Positions 25,652 through 37,300 of a stretch of 64,000 nt of DNA are shown here, piece by piece. Made by a program: the position numbers and the translations under genes. The stretch's first letter is position 1; every line of letters starts with the position of its first letter. This stretch comes from Iphione sp. A-MEVVRFRX5 (Eukaryota): NCBI GenBank assembly GCA_976226885.1, contig OZ320313.1, positions 46,500,001-46,564,000 on the forward strand, read 5' to 3'. The notes beneath the pieces are model-generated. The model was not told the DNA's origin. It did not search any database and worked only from the letters and a program-made list of their open reading frames with translations.

Positions 25652-26859
25652 GCGGCGGCTTGCATGTTTCCGTGGGCAGACTACAACGCACCGGGAAATG
25701 CAGGATGTTCCTATTTCAAAAGACAAGTGGTCTCCATCGCTGTCTGCACCTTTGACACCCGGCATCCGCCCTCACCACTCGTCACCTGAGCACAGCCACA
25801 TGGCTACCCAGACGGGCCGGAGTCGTCTTCGCTCGGGCCCGCGCAATGAGAGTAGCGCAGGCAGGATGAGAACGAACTCTGTGCTCAGCTGGGGCAGTGT
25901 GGCCAGCCTTCAGCGGGAGCTTGCTGAGCGTAGCCTCTCCGACTGGTCGTTGCCCAGCGCCCATTTAAACGTGTCAGTAGGCCGGGCGTTGTCACCATCT
26001 CCCTGCGAACGGGCTGACTCCACCCAGACGCTGGTTTCAAGCGGCGGACACCAGCTCATGAGCAGCTCGGCACAGACGGACGTGAGCGGCACATTGAGCA
26101 AACGCTTCCGTCGGTCGGCGATCAAGACTCGGCCTTCGTCTGGCGTAGCTTCTCCCGACCAGGTGTCCCTAGGCAGCGTCTCCTTTGATCCTGTAGTCTA
26201 CACCGACTCACGAATGGGTACCTGTGAACGTGGTGCGAGCAGCTCCGACCGACAGGTGGCAGGATCATCGCTACCCAGGGCTGAGGTGGTTGATGAGCAG
26301 CATAGGAGAGACGGAGACCCGAAGAGAAGCCTGCGTCACGTGCCCCCGGCGCGCCACGTCCACACCATCCTACGAAACACACCGGGCTCTACGCGGCAAC
26401 CCGACGCGCGCCCCCAGGTGGGCCTCTCTAACTCGAACGAGCGGCGCGCTAGCGTGTCATCGGTGGGTCGCGTGTCACTTCCGCCTCCGGGAAGCGGCGT
26501 CCAAATGCGACCGAAGCAGCGTCTCGCTAGCCGCTCTGGGCGACGGTGCAGTGACATTTCCCTGCCACCGCCTCCGCTCCCGCCCGACTGCTTCACCGTG
26601 CCTCTACCCACAGCCCCTGCGTCCGGCGCCGCCGAAACCCAGGACAAGTCCTACACGACGATCCGCCCGCGCCATCGCCCGCGCGCCGGCTCCATCAGCG
26701 CCCAGTTACAGAGCGAGGTGGACAACTGGCGCTCAAGTCTGGCCAGTCTCTACACAGCGAACGACGTCAGCAGCAGCGCCGAAACAGGCTCCGAGCCAGC
26801 AGGAGATCAACTGCCCGACAGTACAGTGGTCTGCCATGACGACGTCGCTAACAGCCAAG
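25652..26859 (+). CDS. Gene C, exon 5; Ser/Arg/Pro-rich cytoplasmic region
   Basis: Acceptor tttcttttcag|, phase 2, in frame with ORF 25698-26891; phase-1 donor G|gtacgt. Confidence 0.8.
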
Positions 26860-27038
26860 GTACGTCCGTACCTTTACCGATATATTTCTAGCTAACCGTC
26901 CGCGTGGCTATTAATCAGTTGGTATCCAGGAGGTTATAATACATGTTATGAGGACCCCACCCCGATGTTATGATGTATTAAAATAATGCAACCCACAGCA
27001 TCTTTAAAAAGTGCCTTTTCCTTTACACTTTCATTAAG

Positions 27039-27550
27039 GTCGGGAGATGGTCGACGATTCAACGGCTCCTCCCGAATTGCTAAGACAGCCTCCTTTGCTT
27101 AGCTTCCCACCACCACCACCCCCGTCCCCTCTAAACCCACCGCATCCGCCGACCCCGCCCACTCCACCACCTCTACCAGAGCGCCGCCTTTCCGTCCAGA
27201 GTGATAGACAGCAGGCAAGGAAAAGCAACAAGAGCGAAGACCCGGACGACCTGCAGGAGACACCTCCAGGGAGGGAGGATTTAGCTGGAGACGGCCAACT
27301 GACCTTGACTCTGGCCCGAGTTAAGTCGTCCCCAAATGTGAGTGGTCCGCATCAGCTGGAGGAAGGAGCTGACAATGGGGAATTACGGCGCGGCGAGTCC
27401 GCCCCCGACATGAACAAAGACAGCTGCCCCGAGGAAAAGCTCAAGGGGTTGGTGCCACAGCAGGCATTCTTCTTTAACGATAAGGTGCAGCCCGAGCTGC
27501 GGCGCATCCTCTCCAAACGGCGGTTCAGTCACCTGGCTGTTGAGGTGTAG
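27039..27550 (+). CDS. Gene C, terminal exon; poly-Pro segment, ends HLAVEV
   Basis: Acceptor ctttcattaag|, phase 1, in frame with ORF 27047-27550. Spliced CDS is 5061 nt = 1686 aa plus stop. Confidence 0.8.
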
Positions 27551-28676
27551 AGATCAAATCACCCACAACTAGCACGAGGGCGTGTCAAATATCGTGAGCT
27601 GTCGGGTAATTACCCGCCATTATCTCGTTAATATCGTACTTACTGCTGAATGATGGTCTCCATAATTATATAACAAATAATATCATATCATATCCGTCTC
27701 AAAAAGGCACGAAGATCCAACGCAAATGCTAGTTAGGCCCTAAATTCAACGACAATCAATACCAGGTACTATTATTATTATCCATACGCTAACATAACGG
27801 TAATATACTTATGTATTATATAAGCGAACTATGAAACACGTGATATTTATGCTTCGGTAATAGGAATCAAGCGCACTTTCCCAGAAAAAAAACACAAGTA
27901 GAACGTCATTTGTCAACCATGCACTTGGGTACTCCCCTCTTCAATGAGTATATAGAATATAACGTTATTATGGTTGCTTTAAGGTCTTTAAATAGAGGGT
28001 GCTCCAAGTTTTTATAAACAAAGTAGAAAGCTTTTCATTTAGGCAATGGTGCTGCATATAAGTTGATATGTTCACAAATTGTATGTATATTTTTAACAGG
28101 CACATAGAGGTAGACATTAGGTGTATATTTGATGGAAAAGCACTATATATTATAGAAACATATTCTTAAATCCCTCTCGCAGCCCTGACCTATCAAGCTA
28201 GTTATGGGCCCAGTATTATGCAGCAGCTATATGGTATGTCTGTGACATCCATTACTTAAATATGAATGGATAGTATATTCGGAAATAACTACAAGTATGG
28301 TAAAAATACAACTATTTATCGCCGCTGTTACAAATGTTTACAGACATGGAATGTGTTTATACGCGCCTTAATCTGCTATCTATTTCTTGGAAGTTTCTCA
28401 CCATACAGCTACATATATGTACTGTGTATCTCAAACAGCCCCAAAAGCTGACTTTCATATCGTCGGAAATGATCGTAAATGGAGATGTAAAATTTGGGTC
28501 CAGGCTGCCGATATAAATACACTTCGTTGTCGTTCTGTCCTCTATCTTCCTCCCGATTTCCCCCTTTAAAAATTCATAGTGACATCCATGTGTATGTTCA
28601 TCATTATCAGTCTTCCTCGGACACACAAACACAAAGCACACTCAAACCTATCACCCTCCACACCAAGCCCGGCCAC

Positions 28677-28726
28677 GTACGGCAAGAGGCCGTTATTCGG
28701 TACGGCAAGAGGCCGTTATTCGGTAC
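28677..28726. repeat. 23-bp tandem duplication
   Basis: gtacggcaagaggccgttattcg twice, plus gtac. Confidence 0.9.
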
Positions 28727-28874
28727 ATCCATCAGCTCCATAATGCTGCTAATGCAGTGGCAATCAGGACGCCCCGCCTGCTGCTTCCCCCTCCCCATCT
28801 GCTCGGCGGCTAGTGGCCACTACGACTAATGGAGCCGCCGCCGCTAGGTGGCAGAGCGCGCAGTCCGCACTGAC

Positions 28875-29000
28875 CTGGGGTTCATGACGAGCCGACGGAA
28901 GAAGTACGTCCACGTGATGTAATCCATGGCATCCTGCTTGGAGGAGATGGTGCCCGCCACGATCTCGGCGTTGAGGTGCTCCGGTAGCACCTCCAGTAGG
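28875..29000 (-). CDS. ASCC3: ASCC3 internal exon (winged-helix region preceding the second Sec63 domain)
   Basis: [41 protein letters not shown]; acceptor tacccgcag| and donor AG|gtcagt; phase 2-2. Confidence 0.92.
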
Positions 29001-29338
29001 CTGCGGGTATAAGACAAGGCGGGCGATAGCACAAAGGCAGACTGTAACAAATAACGGGCGGCGTAATTGGCTACTCTGATGGAATCCTGCGCCGCACACG
29101 GCGGCATAACAGCGCAGATGCTGTACATTGACTGCTTCTGTTCATTCGACTTCTCTCAGCCAGAGAGAGAGAGGGATTTTTTTTTTGCATATTAACAAAG
29201 TTATTCAAATGGCACAAATGAATCCTTACGAAACAATTTGTTAGGTTTTTTGCGAGACTATTTGACTAAAATTGATACAGATGATGTAAACGGCCTCCCC
29301 GGTTCCCTGTAGTATTTGACGCTTATCAAGGGACTCAC

Positions 29339-29471
29339 TTCGATTCAACAGGGAACGGCTCATAGAGGAATTTCTTGTAGAAGTGTTTTTTAATGTCGTG
29401 AACGAGAATGACAGCTTTTCCTTGATCATCGAACTGAGGCCGGCCAGCTCGACCCATCATCTGCAACACGT
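29339..29471 (-). CDS. ASCC3: ASCC3 internal exon (helicase motif VI)
   Basis: [44 protein letters not shown]; acceptor ttctgcag| and donor AA|gtgagt; phase 1-2. Confidence 0.92.
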
Positions 29472-29879
29472 CTGCAGAAAATATTTCAGTACAGTGTAGT
29501 TAAAAAAACAAACAAACTTCTAAAAAGACACTGCGATGCAGACAGCCTCTCAATATATATTGAAGACAAACGTTTGGGAGTAAAGTTATATAAGATCTTG
29601 ACAAAATTATCGTGACCGTCTGTTGTAATTTCATTACGTACGCAGAAATTACTGTTCGAAATATACGGCAATACCAGGTGTATGGGGTGGAGAAAATATG
29701 TTATGGGTACGTATATCTAGTGATCTCAACCTTTTGGTAGCAGTAGCTAATTCGACCAATTTAGTTGGCAAAGGATGACCTAGGTGAATATACTTGACAT
29801 TTATGCAGGGACGGTTTTTCTCCAAAAGCTGAGGAGGAAATGAGAGCAGACAAGATGACATAAACTGGTAGGACGTTAC

Positions 29880-30000
29880 CTGTAATTGGGAAGTCCACGT
29901 AGCGCCTGGTCTTTCCATCGTAGTACTCAGTTCCTTTGACGACCACTAGGTGGGCGGGGAAGTTGACACCCCAGGCCAACGTGCTTGTTGCTACTAACAC
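29880..30000 (-). CDS. ASCC3: ASCC3 internal exon (helicase motif V region)
   Basis: [40 protein letters not shown]; AG/GT boundaries; phase 0-1. Confidence 0.92.
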
Positions 30001-30767
30001 CTATACGTTTGTATGAACCGTCAACAATAAAAACAAATTGTGAAAATGGAATTTCGTTTAAAGAGGGCATTTATACGTAACACATTTTTAACGATCAAAC
30101 GGATACAAATAACTGAAGAGACACTCTTAAATTCATGTTGTGTTTAGATCTAAACAATGATAGTCAACCGTGTATTAATCAGAGAACTAATGCACAGGTA
30201 CGGTTTATAATAACATATTGTACTGGAAAAGGGAAACGTAAGAAGAGAGAATGGATTCCTGATCTGAACAAAATAAGATGTATCTGTTCACAGTAACCAT
30301 CAATTCTACACTTCAACAAATACAGAAAGTGGTCACGTGATCACCAACAGCCAATCAAATCAGTCTTTTCATTTCAAGGTTGACTCTGTTGGAATGCAGA
30401 CAACACATCTGATTTAGCATGCAGATCTCATTAAAAATACAGTATGTCGGTATTTACCAATTTTCATCGTCAAAACACACTTTAAGAATACATGTACTTC
30501 TACACACCTGGGGTGGATTAACACATCAAAATTTGGTCTTAAAGTGATCGTCATCCAACAATTCTTCTGATCATAATAACAATTTAAAAAGTTTTGTTTG
30601 CCTGAAATGAAGCCACGGGTGGGGTTTGATCCCTTCACTACATCAATGATTTTGGAAAGGGTTCATGGATTTTAACAAAGAAAAAATTTCATGCATCGTT
30701 TTCTCTGAATGACAATCACTTCCAAATAAATGGCAAGTATTCGACCCTACTGGCTCAACCACCTAAC

Positions 30768-30905
30768 CTGGATCTTGGAATTTACGAAGAGCTCCTCTAC
30801 TGTTTTGCGATCGCGTTCCTGAAGACCGGCGTGGTGCAGACCGATACCGAAGGCCAGAGTGAGCTTCAGATTGCTGTCTCGGATATCCGAGATGAGCAGC
30901 TCCAT
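30768..30905 (-). CDS. ASCC3: ASCC3 (Ski2-like helicase) internal exon, second helicase cassette
   Basis: MELLISDIRDSNLKLTLAFGIGLHHAGLQERDRKTVEELFVNSKIQ; acceptor cttgcag| and donor CAG|gttagg; phase 0-0. Confidence 0.9.
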
Positions 30906-31003
30906 CTGCAAGCAAAGCCCAGATAGATATCTACATTAATGTGTCACTGTGATGAACTAGAAGGCAACTGCTTACCGACAACATCGACGTGACATAAGCT
31001 AGC

Positions 31004-31306
31004 NNNNNNNNNNNNNNNNNNNNNNNNNNNNNNNNNNNNNNNNNNNNNNNNNNNNNNNNNNNNNNNNNNNNNNNNNNNNNNNNNNNNNNNNNNNNNNNNN
31101 NNNNNNNNNNNNNNNNNNNNNNNNNNNNNNNNNNNNNNNNNNNNNNNNNNNNNNNNNNNNNNNNNNNNNNNNNNNNNNNNNNNNNNNNNNNNNNNNNNNN
31201 NNNNNNNNNNNNNNNNNNNNNNNNNNNNNNNNNNNNNNNNNNNNNNNNNNNNNNNNNNNNNNNNNNNNNNNNNNNNNNNNNNNNNNNNNNNNNNNNNNNN
31301 NNNNNN
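31004..31306. other. Assembly gap
   Basis: N run. Confidence 0.99.
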
Positions 31307-34300
31307 CAGACCTAAACAAATGGAGAAAGCCTAGTCTATCAAGGTATCTAATTAACCTCAGGATAAGAAAGGAACATGGTGACTGTGTACACTGCAAATA
31401 AATGCTTAATAGAGAGAGCTCAGCAGTTTGGCGTTTCACATAGCCAATGTCTACGCTGTCCTTTAATGTTAACCAAGCCCGCATCTGAGCCTCCCTCCTG
31501 CGTAGGGCCCATCACTGCCAAATGGGCAAATAATGCTGGCTCAGTATGATATAGATTGTGAAATCGAGATCACGTGGCTGATTTTTGTGTTATATTTTGT
31601 GTATTTTTTTAAAGATAATTCAATAATTTGTAAATGCAGCACTGTCCCAATGCACTTCGCATCGATTTGTTTATATGCCTACGTATTCGGGAAAATTACG
31701 TTGCTACAGCATCTGTATCCACTTAGTGGATGAAGTAATGTTATATCCAGCCCTGACCGCACTATGCAATGAAATGAAACTAGCCTCGTCATAAAACCTA
31801 AACTTACGCATAAAATGACAAGAGCAATCTCTAGTCCCCCGCCTATACACACAATACCATGGCATTTTGACGACATTTTTGCAATCCTTGAAGATATCGA
31901 TGGTATATTTACTCTGTAAGGGGGTATTCACATGTACACGTAGGATTTCTGGGCGGAAAATACGTCTACGGGTACGGAGACGTAAAAGATCCCCTGTGGA
32001 ACGTATGTTACTTGTTAGAGGACAGAGGCTGAGACTTAACAAAAGTCAGAGATACAGATTCAATCTGAGGGAAACATTTTACATCAAGATGCCTTATTCG
32101 CTCATCATCCATTTAAAATCACAAGAAAATGGATTTGGTCCCATATACAGAGTACGTCTTTACCTATCTCATCTCATTCTCTACACGAGACTCCGTCAAA
32201 ACGACAACGAATCGCTTCGCGGACGTGGCAATTAATCAAATGTCCCATAAGCTAGCGATATAATCTATCATAATCGCTCTTCTCTGTATTGTGAACCGTA
32301 CTGTGGTATGTGCGCGGATGCATCTGTGCCTGCATGTAGGCATGCCCCCTTCCCTACTCCCTCACGCAAACCCATCTCCCCCCTTCCAGACAGCCACACA
32401 TGACCAGTTCTTATCCGGCCAAGATCAAAGCCTGATTGGCGGCTGCTACGTTCACATCCTCGGCGTGCTCTGGGATCAGACATTGGCGGGCCGTGCAGGT
32501 GCGTGGTGGAGGGCGCGAGTGGATTTGCTGTGGTGGTCCCATCTGTGCTGGAAGGCTGCGCTGATGGCGGGGGTGCACGGCTCCCAGTGCGGTCGATGCG
32601 CCACTGTGGCGGCCCGACGTGAGCACCTCATTGAGAGTCTCGGCAGACGAGGCGGGTGTGCCGCTCATTAGGCCCGTGGGTAGGTAACGGTGTGTACTGA
32701 TTGGCACTCAGATCCATTCAAACCCAGCACCGTTTGTAGCCCATCACCCCCAGGGACAGTGCGAGAGGAACTGTGAGCAAAGAGATGCAAGATAACGACG
32801 GACATAGATCACTCGAACAGTAGGCTTTGAATACAGCGGACCCGCATGTGGAGAAAATGCTCTTTTTTAAGAAAACAGAAAAAGAAAGAGATAAAAGTCG
32901 AACAATACCGAGAGGATGCGAAGGACGGCCGAGCAGAAACTCGACATCAGAAACAAAGACAGCGCTGTGCATGACAATGAAACTGACGAGAAATATTTTA
33001 TTGACATGAGGGAATAGTGTTTGAGTAACTAGAGAACCCGGAATGTTAACTCTTACTCCGAAAATAAAAATGATACAGAAACTTCTGCCCATGCACTTAT
33101 GTAGGCGTGACCACCGCTTGGTGACTGTCTGAACTCATTGTTCGGATAGCTTGAAATTCAAGTCCTAACACAAAGTAACAATTTCATTCAGGCCCCACCG
33201 AAGGCAGCATTTACAAAAACAACGGTCGTCTTCTAACCAGCTATTCCACACGGCAGCATTCTCGCAGGCTAAAAGCTTTTGGATGTGGTGTTGAGCTACT
33301 CCTTATCTGAAACCATGAGAAAGGCGCTCCTCTTATCGCTCACTATCATCTATTCATCTGCCTATCGTGCTCTGTCTATTTACCGGTCTGAACGCTCTAT
33401 CTGCTTGTCCTCACGAGTCCGATCCTTTGTCGAACACTCTCTGAAGTCGAGAGGCGTGTCAGTTTTCAGGTTTCGCTCCGTGTCTCTATCTGTGACATTA
33501 GGTGAAGTATTGAGCGGGTCTTCATCTATATGCATTTTCCGGAAAGATTTAGTCAATGGAAACTATCTGGACATCCATCCAAACCTTTCCTATCATATTA
33601 CAGTGATGCATTATTCACTGAATATGAGCACCTATCTAGACACCAGGTTCTTTCCATCTTAAAACGCATACGAATGATACTTCGCGAATAAAATAGCCCA
33701 GACGGTGATAACTGCGCATCTCTGGACCAAGCAGGTATATAAAACATTCTTATCCACTTCCAAAGAAATTTGCGGGGATAGTGCTAGGGGCAGTTGGCTG
33801 GGAATGTAGCAGGCTCGCGAAGGTGATGGTTTCCCTTTTAAATGTTTATGACAGAGAAGTAAACTGCATTGTCAAATATAAGAGACCGACAAGCATATCT
33901 CCTTCGTCAAATCATAATGAAAGCCCTTCCCTTCAGAAAGCGGGAATCAGGCGAGACTGCTAACGCTACTATGTATTAAAAGTGCCACATTACAAGATAC
34001 AGTAATTTGTATCCGGCTGTGGAAGCCAGTTACTTGCTCTAGGCTAGTGGGTAACTGTTGGTTACTCTCATTCCAATTAAGTGCGTCATTAAGTAACTTT
34101 CGATTAGTTAACGTATATAATTGAAATGGACGTGATTAAAGCCGACGGCGCCCTTATATGCTGAAGTAAATCGCTCTCTCTAGGAGCCGCCATATGTTCC
34201 ATTTGTGGACACCCTTTAATATTCAAAGACAATTTATGTCATGTTGCGTGTCCCAAGGTGAACGCTATGCATTATGCATGATTCACCTTTTTCTGTCTCA

Positions 34301-37300
34301 GACCACAGCATTGGCTTGGGGGAGTATAATCAAAACTCTTGTCGAGACAAAAGAATATTGAATCAATAACTTTCATGCAAATCTAGTTAGGGCGTTTCAG
34401 TCCTTCCCACCCTCACCCCCACCCCCACCAATCCTTCATAAGAAGCCATTTTCAACTGCGTTGCCTTTTACTATCAACATAAGGTTATCCGCCATGCATT
34501 TTGATGGACCAATCTCAAGTTTCGTTAAACTAAAATTTCCAGCGAGTAGATGTGGAAGTAGATATCCTTCGAAAGTTAAGAACGTGGATCGAGCCATACA
34601 TGAGAAGCGATCCATAATTTGGGTTCTATCCAACAATCTTAAAACCAAAGTGCCATTAAATTACTGCTAGATGGACGTCTAATTAAAGAAGGCATTGAAA
34701 ACACTGCACACAATCCTCAATGTTACATAGCAGTTTGAATAGATTTGACATCTTCCTTAACAAGAAAGCTAAATTACACGATAATAACATCAACTTTTTG
34801 GTAAGTCGACATCGAACAATTCCGACTTTACACACACGGACTTTTACTGCTATCCACCAGAAAGGTTCCATTGTTGAGATCGTATTATCAATAAAAGAGT
34901 CGTCAGAGCCGAGTAATGCAGTCCTCTGATTGCTCTCTAGGAGTCGATGCTGACAACTAATTAGAACTTTAGATCCAGTAGACAGAAGTCTCACTTACGA
35001 AATCCCCAACTATGCAAAGAGAAAGCGCTGCTGTTGTGTAGAAATAGATAAATACAAAACCTAACGTATTGATATGATAGACTTAAAATAAAATAGCTAG
35101 ACAGATGTAAAAAAAATCAATACCTTATCAAAGCTTTCATACACGTCAGGAGAAAAAGAAAGACTAACAGTTCATTTCCACTTTTGCATATCTACATGAA
35201 ATTCACATATATATTAATAGCTGTTTTGTCGATGCTCGAGATATGCCGATCGATGCTTAAGATATGACCCCAAAAAAGGCTACCAAACACCGGTTTATCT
35301 ACCCCAAAGAAGGCGACACCTTTAGATTCATAAATAAATACTGTAAACTACTGGCTTAAATATAACATAGCGCTCAGGGTAAATATGTTTTCGACAAATG
35401 GGTATTATGATGGCTTTCAAGTTGTATTTAATATAGTTCTTTTGTATTTTTGTTAACACATCTTCCTTTTTATACTGTTGTGACTATAACTTTAATATTT
35501 TCTTTTAAAAGAAAAACGTCATGTGCACGCTAACTGGACGTTTCTTGCTTGTTCTCTAGGTTTGTAAATACGTGTACATACAGTGCAATAAAGCACAACT
35601 CATCTTTAGTGTCTGAGTGCATTTATGCACAACTCATCCATGCTAATGAGGGGTGCTCCTATGCATTACCAGGCTTTCAATGGTTAATTTAGTGAAACGA
35701 ACTTGCACCTAAATGTAACCGCCAGGATATACACAGAGACTAAATGCAACGAATCAAATCGATTCTTCCCCACACTGAATTCTTCCGAAATCAAATTAGT
35801 CTAACTGTTGCTCGAGCATTCAACCACACGCTGATGAACACAGAAGAGCCTGCGCCAAGGTGACAACTGACATCGACTAAGCCACGTGTTCGTAATAACT
35901 GTCCAAACTTCGCCAATTTTAAATGCTAGCAGTTGGGCGGTTGAAGGACAACACCGTCTGGACACATGCATGGTATAATTCCAATAAAACCCAACTCGTT
36001 ATCAGATGACTTCACGACCATATCCGTCCATAAATTCTCACTCTAGCCAGGATTCCAGCGCAAGCTGTCATTCCGCCAAAAACACGTCGAAAAATTCCAT
36101 TCTTGAGGTCTGAGATGCAATCTAGGACGAGGTATCATTTGCTGGTAATGGCACTGTCTGGGGACTTCGATGTCGATGAGAGGTCGCGAGACATCAGACG
36201 GCTGCATTGGAAACAGCTGAGTAACTAGAGAGCGGCTGAGCGCCCCCCCCCTCGGATGAGTAGCTGTACGTCATACGATGAGAAGCATCAGCCTGTGGGA
36301 TTTAAGCGAACGGCGCTCTGCCTTTCCCGATGCGGCTGCCGTGACTCTCATAGACGAGGTGGAGGACATGCTACATAAATGAAGAACGACACAGACTGAT
36401 CGCGACAAATTTTCGAAAATGACCTTGTATTGCCTAAAAATAATGCTGTAGTCCGAAGCTATCTTATTTTCACGCGTCATACTAATACGACCCACGTCCT
36501 GCTGATGTATGTGGTATAGAGAAGCCAACAGCTTAATGATTTCAGCAGGCTGGTAAAGAAAATATTCATAAAGGCGCCTTAAAACTTCATCATTTCAAAA
36601 TAAGCACAAAACTATAGGCCACATCGAATGAAGCGCCGGTAGGTGATAACTACTGCGTGTGTTGTCCTACCCTTAGTTCCACTTCACTCTTATTCTCTGT
36701 GGTTTTAGTTGGAGGCCTTGGTTATATAATACACCGGCAAGTATACACTGCACTTTTTATGGTTGCCAGGTAGATATCGTGGTGATCATAACTACAGGCA
36801 AATCGAAGTACATATATTCCGCACCCAAGTACATGTAGTTAAGGTGCCGTTCAGCTCAGAACAATATTAGGCTGTGTACTTTTCTCAGATTAGCTATACC
36901 CTGGAAGTTTTATGTGACCTGATCATCCCCATGTGTTCCTTGGTATCAAATAGTATATTAATGTAAGTTGGGCCTACATATTGGCGCTGCCTTCAGTTCA
37001 CCATAAATATGGAATATCACGGAGATAAGGAACGATAGCGCTGTTTGTGTATATACTGGCAGATAATAACTCTTAGTAAATATAATTTTGACTGATGCAG
37101 CAGGAATCTTCGTAAAAAGTATCGCTGAATGATTTTTAAATGGCTCAACATTGTTATATCTAACTCGACCTGGACTCGAGATTGAATTAGGCAAATTGAC
37201 AACGACGAAGTCACTGCCGTCCCGAAACACATCTAATTTATGTCACCTACAAGTACTTCTGTCCAGAAGCTCTCTACAATACATACAGTGTTGACGATGG

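Noticed and set aside
1352-27231. Many overlapping alternative-frame and antisense ORFs (e.g. 1352-1840, 12908-13354, 21873-22328, 26224-26895)
   Set aside because: Shadow ORFs of GC-rich exons; no domains or splice logic of their own.
33925-33970. LAVSPDSRFL on the - strand, WD40-like
   Set aside because: Isolated 10-mer followed soon by a stop; no further WD40 pattern.
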